DNA from: Phyllobates terribilis | Lineage: Eukaryota | Length of the DNA stretch: 64,000 nucleotides | Assembly (NCBI RefSeq): GCF_046119375.1 | Contig: NW_027362764.1 | Coordinates: forward strand, 437,720,001-437,784,000 | Direction: 5' to 3' | Part shown: piece after piece, positions 14,022 through 27,955 of the stretch | How positions within the stretch are numbered: position 1 is the first letter of the stretch | How the letters are laid out: each line of letters opens with the position of its first letter | Translations under genes and position numbers: made by a program | Notes under the pieces: generated by a model | Told to the model about the DNA's origin: nothing | What the model saw: only the letters and a program-made list of their open reading frames with translations | Databases searched by the model: none

Positions 14022-15073
14022 TATTACGGGTCCGGGTGGTGGAACCTCTGTGCCGAGGTGCAAGGAGGGACCCAGAGGGGTGTGACTAAGTATCAACCCA
14101 AACCGATCCTGGTCGGACGGCAGCAAATGACACCGTGACCAGGGAGGATCCGGACTGAGGGACCAGGTGCCGACGACCTTGTAAGAGACGACCTTGTAAG
14201 AGAGCAGGTGGCTACCACGGGTCAGATGGCTGGGACTGACCGGTGTGACGGATGGACACGGCAAGCAGGCAGAAGTCTCTGGTAGCTGACAGGTGGTCAC
14301 GGTTCCTGACAGCAGAGCAGGTAGCAGTCTCTAGGTTTACCAGGCAGGTGGTCACAGCAAGTGACGGCAGAGCCTCCAGGCAGGCTGGCAGGAAACAGGC
14401 GGGCGCTCCCAGGTGAGCGGGCAGACTGACAAGGCAGGTAACAGGCAGGTAACAGGTGGGCGCTCCCAGGTGAGTGGGCTGACGGACACAGCAGGTAACA
14501 GGCGGGTGCTCCCAGGTGAGCGGTATGACAGACAAAGCAGATAACAGGTGAGCGCTCCCACTTGAGCGGGCAGACGGACTCTGCAGGTAACAGACGGATG
14601 CTCCCAGGTGAGCGGACAGACAGACAGGGCAGGTAACAGGCGGATGCTCCCAGGTGAGCGGGCTGGCAGACAGGGCAGGTAACAGGCAGGTAACAGGTGA
14701 GCGCTCCAGGTAAGCAGGCTGGCAGGCTCGGCAGGTAACGGGCAGATAACAGGCTGGCAGGCAGGATGAGGAGTCAGGCTAGCAGCGGGACCTGAGGGCT
14801 GAAGCAGAGATCAGAAACTGTGCAACAACTTTGCTCGGGCACCTCCATTTTGGAGGAGGTGCCCTAAATATGGGAGGACCCTCGTCTATTGGCCGGGGAC
14901 TCCTTAGGATGGCGCGCGCGGCCCCTTTAAGAGGGGGGGAGCGCGTGCGTGCCCTAAGTACAGTGCCCGGGGGACTGCGCGCGCCGACAGCAGGCTGAGA
15001 AGGAGAGCGGGGAGCGAGGAGGTGAGAGGGACGGCATCTCTGCCTGGAAGAAGGCAGAGATGCCGATGCTACA
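14022..15073 (-). mobile_element. Solo LTR (1052 bp), same family as 12732-13601, opposite orientation
   Basis: 5-bp TSD CTTAC at 14017-14021 and 15074-15078. Ends TATTACGGGTCC / GATGCTACA are the reverse complement of the first LTR's ends. Longer internal tandem array. Confidence 0.9.
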
Positions 15074-15276
15074 CTTACATTATACTCGCTATTCAGAACG
15101 AATACGCGATTATTACAAAGCGCACGTTACGAGTATAACGATTATGAATATTACGGTACTCGTTCATCACTAGTTAAAGACTTTTTATTGTGCAATTTGC
15201 CGCTAAACAGTTTTTTGGAAAAAATTCAGCACAGCAGCTCAATTTGAATTTCAAAATATCCTCTCAGCCTTATCAT

Positions 15277-15591
15277 TAGTGAAGCGCAGACGTGCACGGA
15301 TAAGGTGTTATCCAAGCACGCTCGGGTCCAAACCAAGTAACTTCGGCATGCTCAAAAACTATGTTAGAGTCACCGTGGCTGCATGTCTCACCGCTGTTAG
15401 ACAGCCGCAACACATGCCGCAACACATTGCCTGTTTGTTAGACAATCTCTGCATGTGTTGCGTCTGTCTAATAACCTCAAGACATGCAGCTGTGGCAACT
15501 CTAATATACTTTTCCTGCCCGCTAAAGCTACTCGGTTAGCACCCGAACGAGTTCGGGTAACACCTTATGCGAGCATGTTCGCTCATCATAA
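15277..15591. mobile_element. Short foldback hAT MITE (315 bp)
   Basis: Degenerate TAGTGA... / ...TTCGCTCATCATAA termini. 8-bp TSD CTTATCAT / CTTATAAT (7/8 match). Inverted arms (GGATAAGGTGTTATCC / GGGTAACACCTTATGC). Confidence 0.75.
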
Positions 15592-18500
15592 CTTATAATA
15601 CTTCTGTGTGCATGCAGTATCAGACAAAAATGTAATTATTTCCTTGTTGGATTCTCTATTAATTAAACAGGAAAGAAATAGTTCCATGTTTATTAAATTT
15701 ATTATTATAACGAAACTAGTGGAACTATCACCCCTATAAATCAACATATCATGTGCCTTCAGTCTCTTTATGTTATGTTAAGGTATTAAAAGCTAAGAAT
15801 GTCACAGTTGCAGTACATAATCAACAAGCATAGGCATTAGGAACAGCTGGAGTCTGTCTCTCTGTTTAACCACTTAAATGCAGTAACTATAGTAAAATAT
15901 CTGAGATCGGATTTATCCCTAATACTGGCAACTACAGTGTGGGAAAGGATATATAATATAGTAAGTATCCCAAAGTAATATGACTATCATAGTTAAATGC
16001 TGCTGGTTACTAGTAGGATTTAATAGTTTGGCTCGTGAGGTTGCATAAACACAATCATTTATGCTAAATAATGCAGTGGGAAATGGTTAATGACAGAGAT
16101 GTCTATCCGTGTGAAGCCACTCCCATTGTCCAGAAAGTATGCGGAAAAAAACTGAAAATGAATTATGTGGATTTTGAATGTATTGCTTAGCTTAGTTGCA
16201 TAACACTTTTACATAATTTTTCAGTAAAGGTGTTAAAGATTAAATCAAGAATATGCTGATATACTGACTTGCAAGAAGAAATAAAGTAAATAGGATTTCA
16301 ATGAATAATAAAAAGAATAATAAGCAAAAGTGATTGTCCCTTTTGCATGAACAGGAGCAAAGCAAGCTTCAAAAAGCTTTTGAAGTTACAGATTTTCACA
16401 GATATATTTTCTAATTTCAGCAAATAAAAAAAATAAAAATGCTGAATACCATGTAAATTGATTTATAAAATAATATTTGAATTATTAATGGATATAAAAA
16501 GCAGCAATAGAAATTATTTCCAAAGCCTCTGTTTGCTTCATACTAACGTATATGAATTTTTAAATAATATTACTAACCCCTTCATGACATCCACCGTACA
16601 TGTACGCAGGCTCGCTCTGACTGTTGGCACAATCAAATGTGGTTGTCAGGTTTATATGACAGCTGACACCCAGCAGCAATGCCCACGATAGGTGTTAATA
16701 CTGATCGTGGGTGTTTAACCCCTTTGATGCTGCTGTCAATAGTGTTAGCAACATCGATCGGCATCACAGAGGGAGAGAACTCCCTCTCTGCTCCGATTGG
16801 CACAATGAGATTGCAATCCCGTTATGCAGATGGTCTCCATGGTCTCCGAAAGGTGAAAGATGGCCGCGGGGTCACCCAGGTATGGTGGCCTGTAAGCTCC
16901 AGTTTAGAGCAGAAGCTGACATGCCTCCTCTCTGTCTGTAAGAAGCTGATCTAATGCCCTGAACACACAAAAGCATTGCGGGGTATTAGATCAGTGATCA
17001 TGACAGGGAAAGTTGATGCTCAATCCTGAGACAAGGCTAAAAAAGTAAACAAAAAAAAGTTTTTAAAAATTATAAAAATAATTAAAAAAATCACAAAATA
17101 AAGAACAAAAAAAAAAGAAAAAGGATTAATCCAATAAATACATACATTTATTTAAAAACAAAAATGAACAAATAAAGCACACACATTTGGTATTGCCGTG
17201 TCTAGAACTACCTGACCTATAAAACTGTCACATGAGCCAACCCCTTCAAAGAATACCATTAAAAAAAAAGTTGCAAAAAATTAAGCTTTTTCATCATACC
17301 ACTGAATAAAATGTGGAATAAAATGCAATCAAAAAGTCAAATGTAAATAAAAATGGAATAGCTGTAAACGTCATCTTGTGCAAAAAGAAAAGTCACCATG
17401 AAGCTCCAGCTACATAAAAAAATAAAAAAAACTATAGCTATCAGAATAAAGCGATGCAAAATAATTATTTTTTTATATAAAATAGTTTTTATTGTGTAAA
17501 AGTGCCAAAACATAAAAAAATTATATAAATGTTTTATTGCTTTAATGGTACTGGCCCGAACAATAAAGTTGTCTTATCTCTTTTACCACACAGTGAACAG
17601 CATAAAAAAAAACAAAAAAAAATTGCTGAATTGCTATTTTTTGTTCATTCTGCCTCCCAAAAATTGAAAGTGATCGAAAGATGTTATGTGACTGAAAATG
17701 GCATCAATAAAAACATTCAACGTGTCCCGGAAAAAGCAAGCCCTCATATGACTCTGTCGGCACAATTCTAGAAAAATAATAGCTCTCAAAATATGGCTAA
17801 AAAAACATTGTTTTGCAAAAAAAGCATTTTTAGTGTGTTACAACTGTCAAACATAAAAAAAATTAATATAAAATTTGGAATCGGATTAAGGCTCAGGTCA
17901 CATTTATTCTTTGCTCTATACTGAGCTCTTACATGCTCCATGTAAATCTCTGAAATATGTGATTCAGACGTAGCCCCAGCGGAAAATCCCCTATAATGAG
18001 GCAGATGGAGACACTGTGGACACCGTCTGGCCTATGATCCTGCGATATTCGTCTTTTTAAGCGTGCACAAAAGCACATTCGGCCAGTTTTGTGCACCACT
18101 AAAAAGAAGGACACCACTAAACAGAGGCCAGATGGAGTCCAAAGTAACTCTGCTGCCTCATTATAGTGAATGGATTCCAGGGGTTTGCAATTTTCACTCA
18201 GCAACATCCACTGCTAATGGTTTCTGGCAAATACTCAAAATCTTCACTGCACCCATAGATAAATTCATAAATGGGTGTAATTGAGGGGGGATTATCTTTT
18301 CTGAAAATTGAAAATTTCAGGTGAAAGTAACTTTTTAGTGGAAAAAAATGTATTTTTCTATTTACTCAGTCTGATGTTCTACAATTCTGTGAATCACTTG
18401 GGGTAAAATTTCTCACTACACTGCTAGATGAATTCCTCAAGAGGTGAAGTTTTCAAACTGGCATCACTTGTGGGGTTTCTGCTGCTTTGGCATGTCAGGA

Positions 18501-19342
18501 GCATCCGCAATCTGTCCCAGCCATAATAGCACACAAGAATTCAATTGCCACTTCTTCTATTCCGAGTCACAGTTTTGTGCACCACTAGAATGAAGGACAC
18601 CACTGAACAGAGGCCAGACGGAGTCCAAAGTAACTCTGCTGCCTCATTATAGTGAATGGATTCCTCGGGTTTCATCTGAATCACGTTATTCGAGAGATGG
18701 AAACCCCAATGTAAGTGCTCAGCATAGAGTGCAGAATAAATGCGATCCAAAATGTTATGTAAAATGTTCCTAACAAAAGATTTAACTCAATCCACAAATA
18801 AAGCTCCCAAAAAGGTCCATCATCTGCCAGTGGAAATATAGGGGGGCTTCCACTTTATTGGTAGTACAAAGGCTCTGGAAAAGCAAAATGGCTCCTCGTC
18901 CCCCAAAAGAAATCCAGCAAAATCTGCGCTCACAAATCCAAATGCCCAGCTCCTTTCTGAGCCCCACAGTGTGCTTAAACTGCAGTTAGAATCTACATTT
19001 GGCATTTCTGAAGAGATGAGAGCCTGCTTAACTTATGGGGTCCATATCTCCAGAAGCACAAGCTGGGCACAATGTATATGCACTACAATACATGGGCACT
19101 ACAGAGTACAGGCACTACACTAGCAGATTTTCAATCTCTACTCAGCAACATCCATTGCTGCTGGTTTCTGGCAAATACTCAAAATTGTCTCTGCACCCAT
19201 AGATAAAGTAATAAATTATTAAAATGGGGACCTTTTAGGGGGGATTGTGATCTTCTGCCACATAGGAGCTCTGTATAAGTAGTCCACAAACTATTCTAGG
19301 AAAATGTTTTCTCCTAGCGTCAAATAGCGCTCCTTCCATTCC

Positions 19343-20546
19343 AGAATCACTGACTGGGTGGATCAGGGAAATGCTGTAGATATAGTATATCTTGACTTCA
19401 GCAAAGCATTTGACAAAGTATCTCACACCTTCCTTATTGAAAAAATGACCAAGTATGCAATGGACCAGGCAACTGTTAGGTGGATTCATAACTGGCTTAG
19501 TGATCGGACTCAAAGGGTGGTTGTAAATGGCTTCACATCCAGCTGGATGAATATCTCAAGTGGGGTACCACAGGGCTCCGTCCTGGGACCTGTATTGTTC
19601 AACATCTTTATCAATGATTTAGATGAAGGAATTGAGGGTAAACTGATTAAATTTGCTGATGACACAAAGCTAGGAGGGATAGCTAATACTAGAAAAGAGA
19701 GAGAGAGGATTCAAAAAGACCTAAATAAACTGGAGCAGTGGGCAGCAACCAACAGAATGGTTTTTAACAGGGAAAAATGCAAAGTACTACATCTGGGCAA
19801 TAAAAATTGAAAAAAGCATATACAGAATGGGAGGAATAGAGCTAAGCAACAGTACATGTGAAAAAGACTTAGGTATACTAATAGATCATAGACTGAACAT
19901 GAGTCAACAGTGTGATGCAGCAGCAAAAAAGGCAAATACAATTCTGGGATGTATTAACAGAAGCATACAGTCTAGATCACGTGAAGTCATTATCGGTCTT
20001 TACTCCTCTTTGGTCAGACCTCATCTGGAATACTGTGTACAGTTTTGGGCACCACATTTTAAAAAAGACATAGACAAACTGGAGCAAGTTCAGAGAAGAG
20101 CGACCAGAATGGTGACTGGTCTGCAAACCATGTCCTATGAGGAACGGTTGCAGGATTTGGGAATGTTTAGCTTGCAAAAAAGAAGACTGAGAGGAGACTT
20201 AATAGCTGTCTACAAATATGTCAAGGGCTGTCACATTGTAGAAGGATCATCTTTATTCTCATTTGCACAAGGAAAGACTAGAAGCAATGGGATGAAACTA
20301 AATGGGAGGAGACACATATTAGATATTAGAAAAAACTTTTTGACAGTTAGGGTGATTAATGAGTGGAACAGGCTGCCACGAGAGGTGGTGAGTTCCCCTT
20401 CAATGGACGTCTTCAAACAGAGGCTGGACAGACATCTGTCTGAGATGATCTAGTGAATCCTGCTTTGAGCAGGGGGTTGGACCAGATGACCCAGGAGGTC
20501 CCTTCCAACTCTACCATTCTATGATTCTATGATTCTATGATTCTAT
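19343..20546 (+). mobile_element. 5'-truncated CR1 LINE
   Basis: RT ORF remnants plus 3' UTR ending in the CR1-diagnostic (ATTCTATG)n tail. Inserted between TTCC and GAGTC of a host repeat module whose intact form occurs at about 18560 and about 21300. Confidence 0.95.
19358..20453 (+). pseudogene. CR1 ORF2 reverse transcriptase C-terminal portion (split by stop/frameshift at about 19810)
   Basis: YLDFSKAFDKV, SGVPQGSVLGPVLFNIFINDL, LIKFADDTKLGG, SSLVRPHLEYCVQFWAPH motifs. Confidence 0.95.
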
Positions 20547-23059
20547 GAGTCTTGCCGAGTGGCTAACCAGTACAATACAGCCACATATGGGGTAATGCCA
20601 CGTTCAGCAGAAATTGTGTGACAAAGTTGGTGCCATTTTTACCCATTTCCACATGTAAAAAGTTAAATTTGTGGCTAAAACTATTTTTGTGGTAAAAATG
20701 TTATTATTTTTTATTCATCTCACAATGGTATAAGGCTCTGTGACATATAAGCGGTATCAGTTTGATCACTGCACCCCTAGATTAATTAATTGAGAGGTGT
20801 AGTTTGTAAAATTTGGTAATTTATGGGAGGAGTTCTGCTGTTATGGCATTCCAGGGGCTCTGCCAATGTGACATGGCACCCTCAAATCATTCCAGCAAAA
20901 TGTGCTCTACAATATGGAGCTCCTTTCCTTCTGAGCTTTGCACTGTGCCCCAAAAGTAGTTTTCGACCAAATATTAGGTGTTCGTGTACTCAGGAGAAAT
21001 AATGTGACATTTTGTGGTCCATTCTGTCCAATTATCTCTTCTGAAAATGAAAATTTGAGGCCAAAGTAACATTTTAGTGGAAAGAATTGTATTTTTCTAT
21101 TTACTCAGCCCAATGTTATACAATTCTGTGAATCGATTTATGGCTAAAAATGTTCACTACACTGCTACATGAATTTCTCAAGAGGTGAAATTTGCAAAAT
21201 GGCATTACTTGTGGGGGTTTCTGCTGTTTTGGCATGTCAGAGGCATCCGCAATCTGTCTCAGCCAAAATAGCACACTAGAATTCAATTGGCACTCCTTCT
21301 AGTCCGAGTCCTGCCATGTGCCCAAACAGTAGTTTTCCACCACATATGAAGCATCTGTGTACTCAGGACAAATTGCACAACAAATTGTATTATCCATTTT
21401 CTCTTGCTGCCCTTGTAAAAATGAGAAATTTGACACTGAAGCAATATATTTGCTTGAATAGTGTATTTTATTCATTTTCAAGACTCAACGTTATAAAATT
21501 CTGTGAAGCACCTGGGGTTCAAAGTGCTCATTAAATTTCTAGATAAGTTCTTTGAGGGGAGTTGTTTACAAAATGGGGTCACTTGTTGGGAGTTTTCACT
21601 GTTTAGGCACATGAGGGGCTCTGCAAATGTGACATGGCATCCGCTATCTATTCCAGCCAATTTGGTGCTTCAAGAGTCAAATGGCGTTTCTACTGTTCCA
21701 AGCTGTGCAAGCAAACAGTAGTTTTCCACCACATATCAGCGTACTCAAGAAAAATTGCATAATAAGTTCTATGGTTCATTTCTCAAGTTACCCTTGTAAA
21801 AATGAAAAAATTGGGAGCTAAATGAACATTTGAACATTTTTGTGGAAAAAATTTAACTATTTATTTTTTCCTTCTACTTTGCTTTAATTCATGTGAAGCA
21901 CCTGAATTGTTAAATAACTTCTCATATATGGTTTTGAGCACTTAGAGATGTGCAGTTTTTAAAATAATGTCACTTTTGCGTATTATATGTCATATAGGCC
22001 CCGCAAAGTCACTTCAAATGTGATGTGGTCCCTAAAAATGTTTTTGTAAATTTTGTTTGAAAAATGAGAAATTGCTGATTATCTTTTAACCCTTCTAACA
22101 TCCTGACAAAAAGAAAATATGCTTCAAAGATGTTGCAGATGTAAAGTAGACATATAGGAAATGTTATTTATAAATTATCACGTACAGCATAACTAACTGG
22201 TTTAAAAATGGAAAATTTTAAAATTGCGAAATTTTCAAAAATTTTTGCCACAATTCTGATATTTTCACAAATAAATGAAAAAATATTCGGCTTGAATTTA
22301 CCACTAACATAAAGTACAATATGTCACAAAACACATTCTCAGAAATTACTGGGATTATCATCACATAAATTGACACTGGTCAGAATTGAATAAAATTGGC
22401 CTTGTGGTGAAGGTGAAAACAGGATTTGGGATGAAGGGGTTAATAATAATGAGCAGATCTTTTGAAATTTGAATTCCATGCCTTCATCAAATTTTGAAAA
22501 TAAATTAGATTAACAGGAAACACATTTGCCTAAAATTGGATAATTAAAAAGCCTTTAATTGACTGGAAAACATGTGTCCACTGAAGTCTAAAGTCCAATG
22601 AAACCTTTTTCAGCTCTGTAATGCAAATAAAGTTTTTGTATTGTCCAAGAGACCAAAACTTATCTGGCTAGGGAAACATTTATGGTAGTAGGTGGTAACC
22701 AGGAGCCCAATTAAGAACAAATATCAGTTTCAAGCTTTATAAGCTAGATATAGCATACAAACTTTCCAAAAATATACCTTTTAGTGAGTTGATGCTTGTT
22801 TTGCTGTTCTTTATTTAAGAGAGTTGCAATTAGAAAAATCCATGGCATTTTCAAACAGTTGGATGCAAGTACTATCTCTGTATGGAGAGTATCAAGAGAT
22901 TAGCACGTTGCTAAACGAAAAAGCGATAAATTATTTACAAACCATCCAAAAAATATTATTTTAATTAGGTTGACAAAACAGGTATTTGAAAGTGAACAAG
23001 TTATTGTTTCTCAAACAGGATTGAAAAATTATCAAAAAGTGAAAAATCTACTCCTTGTT

Positions 23060-23700
23060 GTCACCCAGGCTTTTTAAAAATTATTTCTATTTTGGGAGGT
23101 ATTTTTGAACCCTCAAGAGAGTACATTTCACAGAATGAATAGTACTGTCTAGCATTAAGAAACGCAGTAGGCAGCCAGGAGTTGTGTAGTTGGCATGGCT
23201 GTGCAGTGGTGCTGCATGAAAAGCACCATAGAGAGTTATTATGATGAAAGTAAGAAGATATGTGGCAGTTTAGGGCTAGCAATAGCAGGTCCAGAATCAT
23301 CAGTACTACAGTGTACATGTAGCACTGGAGTACATACCCAGCTGAGAGTGAGCAATCAGCATTGGCAACAGCAGAACAGTGTAAAAACAGACAGCAGCCA
23401 GTCAGGCAGGCCGATGGTATGGCTGATTTTATTATTGGCATCACCCTTGGTAAATGAAAGTCGGCATTGATTCATGCCTAATTTCTTGTGACCAATGTTA
23501 TGCCTTCAATGCATGTGGAGTATAACCTGCTATACTTGAGTGTTTCAAAGCCAGTGCTGAATACCCACTCTGACCCTACACTTAATGATGGACATGACAG
23601 TAGGCCCATAACAAACAGGCAGTTCTTGCCATAGTTCTATTCAGTTGACCCAGAAGCCAATGAGATTGAAGTGAAGCAGAGTTTAGCAATTCTTTTGGAA
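23060..23700 (-). pseudogene. Ancient hAT relic, C-terminal region (homologous to 33300-33900)
   Basis: Shares TAGTACTGTCTA, AGTCAGGCA, GCTGATTT..ATTGGCATCA and CATGACAGT blocks with 33300-33900. Boundaries approximate. Confidence 0.45.
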
Positions 23701-24699
23701 TTCAAATTTGCCAGCTCCAAGAAATTTTCCCAAAAAGTTTCATTTACAGCAAAAAATAGAGATAGTAGCCTAATTAAAACGTCTTTAATTGCCTGTAAAA
23801 TATATGTAGAACACTTTGATTCCCTTTGGAGTCAATTAAACATGTTCATGCTCTGTATTGAAACACATCTTTATGTCCAAATGACTTCAAACTATCTGAC
23901 CAAGAGAAAATAGATGGATGGTAATTAGAGGTGATGAACAGCATATTTAATAACACAATGAAGCATTAAGAGTTTTAGAGTGCCAAAATTGTATAAATGG
24001 ACAAAAATATCCCTTTTGGGGGGCAGATGCATGAATTGCAATGGTCTACAGACAGCCAGTGCAACTGGAAGAAGCCTCTAATTGCCTTGAAAATCTTTGT
24101 ACAACACTTAGCACTTCCCCTTTGTTTCTATTGATCATGTTGTGACCTCTGTTGTAATCCAAAAGCAACCTTTTTGATGTCTAAGGTATCTCAACCTAGC
24201 TAAAGGAAAACAAAGTGTAATCAGTGGTAACCAGCAGCTTATTTAACCACACACATACATTTTAGGCTTTGAAAACTACTTATAGCGTATTAAAGGTCCA
24301 AAAAGTATACCTGTTTAGGAGCAGATGGCTGCATTGGTTTTGTTTGTACACAGGAGGTGCAAATTGAAGGAGGTGCGGTATTTTCATAAGGTTGGGTTGC
24401 AACAAATATCCCACTTCCGGGAATATACAGAGCTTTGAATGCTGTTAGATGAAAAAGAAATAGCTTTTTCATAACCTTTCCAAAAATTATACCTCTACTT
24501 AGGGAGACAAAAAAGGTGCTCTGTACTGTTTTCAATGTGAAGAAGTAATAACCTCTTGGTCACAGGGGTAATGTGACAGAGAGGGGCAAGACGATTGCGG
24601 TGTCTGGTTTCACAAACTCCTGCACTGGTTAGAAGTATTCACTATCATATTAAACAGTGTAGTTTTTTTCTTTTCTAGCAGTGCAAGGATTAATCTGTT

Positions 24700-25835
24700 C
24701 AGTTGAAGCTCCTAGAGTTTTCCTATCTCGATTGTCTCAGCTGTTCAGTGTTGGCCACACCACTCTGTTAAATATACTCACCTCTGGTACTTAGGAATTG
24801 CCAGTGTTAGTTCTTATTGCCTGGTTTGTAGTTGGAGCTATAGCCTGTGGTTGGTGTTTGGAAATTTGTTAAGGAGATTGTTGCTTGAAGTTTGGTTGTG
24901 TGCACATGCCCATCCTCTCCTATTTGGTTTCTCCTTATTTTTACTCCCCTGTGTTCTACTCTGTTGTTTGGTGTGCATTTTGTATGATTGTTATTTTCAT
25001 TTATTCCTGTCCACCTTCCCTTGTTTGTCTGGTTATTGTATTCCTAGATACTTCAGCTTCCCACATCCCTAGGGAAAGGGTGGCAGGGACAGAAAATGGT
25101 TAATTTAGGAGCTTTGTAAGGCACATGAACCTGGCGTCTCCACCTCAGGAGTAATCCAGGGGACAGGGATAGACCAGTGCACCTACAGTTCAAGTTACTG
25201 CACAAAACGTGATGGAGCAAAGAAATAACCGGTGTGTGGCGCAAACTAGGGAAAGAAATTAAAGTGTGCCCTGATGAAAGGAAAGGAAAGAATTGACACC
25301 CCTAAACTGAGACTGCACCCTGCGCTTCCTATTGTCCCTACAAGAGTCCTTCCCCCAAGCTCCATCATGTGCCTAATCCTTGGCTAGCCCTGAGCTAACC
25401 CTAACTAGTGAGTAGGGCAGTAAGACACTAGTCTAATTACTAAGATATGAAAACACAGAGAGGAAAACAAACCAGGAGAATTCAAACAACAAATGGAACA
25501 CCACAGGTTAAACTGGAACAACTTCTCCAGGGACTGAAACAACTTCTCCAAGGAGGTCAGAATAGGAAACCTATAACCATCATAGGAGAGAACTAAGAGT
25601 GGGTTTAAATAATGAGAGGGAGTGGCAGTAAGCTGCAACAGCTTGTAGCCATATGTAATCTCAACAGGATGAAAAAAAAACTTAACCCTTTCCATACCAA
25701 GTGAAAAACAATCTGCATGTTTCAAGTTAAACGCCAAGTGAACTGCAAAGAGGACCTGTGATCTTCCAACTGCTGCAACTTTCTGATCCCAGAAACCCCA
25801 AAAGGTCTTAGCAGGATGCAGCACATTCGTGACAC
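24700..25835. mobile_element. Probable LTR-derived fragments
   Basis: GC/purine-structured segments ending in CGTGACA (25829-25835), similar in style to 39090-39500. No TSD identified. Confidence 0.35.
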
Positions 25836-27955
25836 AGCTGAACTTAAAGTGAAAAAAAAAATGTTCAGGTAATTACAAAAGCTTTTTATCAGGTTGCTCA
25901 AAAATTGTCTCTGTTTTATGGAAACAAAACAGTTGTACTGTTTTTAACATAAAGGAATTATGACTTCTTAACCAGGAGTGAGAAATGTTGCCCTTTTCAA
26001 AGTCTGCAACTGGTTTGCTAAACATAAAATAATTAGGTAATTAGTTATTAAGGCTTTTTTTCAAGCCTTCCAAAAATATCCCTTTTTCCGGATGCAAAAG
26101 AAGAGCACTGTTTTAAACATTAATAAGTTATGACTAGTGATGAGCGAGTACCGTAATATTCGTAATCGCTATACTCGTAACGAACACTTTATAATAATCG
26201 CGTATTCATTCCGAATAGCAAGTACAATGTAAGTCAATGGGAAATGTGAGAAATTTTCTGCTGAACCCTACAAAGTGGTCTGGGGGCATGAGGAAAAGGC
26301 TGGAATGGATGGGAAAGTGATGAAACAGAATGGGAAGAGCCTGGAGAATATGCCTGTATGCGTTTCTGATTCACATATGGTTTCTGGGAATAAGTTTCTC
26401 GCAGTGTTACACCACTTTTACAGACACACAAGAACAACTACCAAATCTAACCTAAATTGCATTTAACAGGCCAAAAATGTTAAGAAACTTTTTTCCTGCA
26501 TAATCACTTGTATATAAGGCTAAATAAACCAGAAAAAAAACAAAAAAATATCCCTTTTAGTGTTTGTTCATGCATACTGTTGTGCCTTTTTTTTGCCTTT
26601 TACAATTGGGAGGGCCCTGACTTACACATTTTGTAGGTCTCTCTGTCATACATCATTTTTAGTTCGCTCTTCACCAGCACTTTACAAGCACAGCTAGAAC
26701 GCACTAGTAGATATGTTGATCTTTGACCTGAGAGGCCTCAGGTGGCTCTGTAACATGCGTTTTGGAGGGACAGCTGTTACTTAAACATTTGGGCAATCCC
26801 TCCATCATTGATGCTCAGATAGTGGAATACAAATTCCATAGCAGTTTACAATGTGCCCATTGTAGCGTTGGGCTTGACCCTCCTCTTCCTCCTCCACCAC
26901 CATGTAATACTGCGGCCCTAAATTCAAATCTTCAGAGGGCCTGCAGTAGGCAGGAAAGCTGAGCTTTGTGAGAGCCCTCGTGTGGCACTGTAACATACAT
27001 TTTGAAGTGCCCTCCTCAAGAAATTTTGGAGGTCCCTCTTGTGTACATTTGAGAGTGCCTTCACTTATTCATATTGTAGGGCCCTCACTCTATTATTTAA
27101 CTCATTTAAGGGCAGAGACTACAGAGAAAAAGGCCAAGAGACATGGAGTACTAGAAGGTAGCAGTGAGTGCGGCCTGCGATTCTCAGGTATGGCTGAACT
27201 CTGTGAACCGGAAAAATAAAGCTGCACTAGTCAACTGGATGACGAGCTTGAATATGGACAAAGGATATATGGTGCCCCTCCTCCAGGATGGGTTAAAGAA
27301 GCTTCTCCAAATGGCTCAGAGATTTTGATTGTCAATATTCCCCAGATTATATAGTAAGAGTAGACTTTTTGATACTGAACTACTTGGTCCAGTGCAGAAT
27401 GTGCATCATATTTCCAAAAGTTACACCTGGGAACTGTGTCATAGGTGCAGGAAGATTCCATGACAAGGGCCTCCCTTGACAAACATTATCTACGATGGAG
27501 TAATGTAATAGCAGTTGTGGCCCTCAATTCAAGCTTTCAGAGGGCCATCAGTTGGTCATAAACAGTCAGAGTAAACTCCTATTGAATATGTATCCCCGAT
27601 CTCAGTCACAATGTGTCACAACCTGTGACAAGGGCTCCAATGACAAATATTAGTTTGGTAGGACCACTGTACATTCCAGATTTCTCCATGGCACAATGTG
27701 CATAGGGTTTGTAAAAATTAGCCCTATAGGCTGAATCATGGTTGACACAGGAAGCCACCATCCCAAGGGTCTAAAATCACAAATTGTAGTTAGGCTGGGG
27801 TAGGAATACTGTCCTGGTTTGTCCACTGCACAATGTGCATAGGGTTTAGAAAAATTAGCCCTATGGGCTGAGTCATGGTTAACTCACTATTTTGGCTGTG
27901 ACCGCTAGCTTGGCTTGTGCCGTAAACATCTGAAAATCTGTCAACAAAGCCCAAA

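Larger units (their letters stand above)
8142..15172 (-). mobile_element. hAT DNA transposon, copy B (defective; same family as 26135-33291)
   Basis: TIRs TAGTGATGAGTGAGT (8142) and ACTCGTTCATCACTA (15172). Exact 8-bp TSD GTTAAAGA at 8134-8141 and 15173-15180. Internal sequence is the reverse complement of copy A. Confidence 0.95.
16577..22439 (+). mobile_element. Large non-autonomous TTAA-type (piggyBac-like) element, 5.9 kb including the CR1 insert
   Basis: Inverted termini CCCCTTCAT (16577) and ATGAAGGGG (22431-22439), flanked by CTAA and TTAA. Internal degenerate tandem modules (GGGGTTTCTGCTG, CACATATGGGG, TACTCAGGA). No transposase ORF. Confidence 0.8.
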
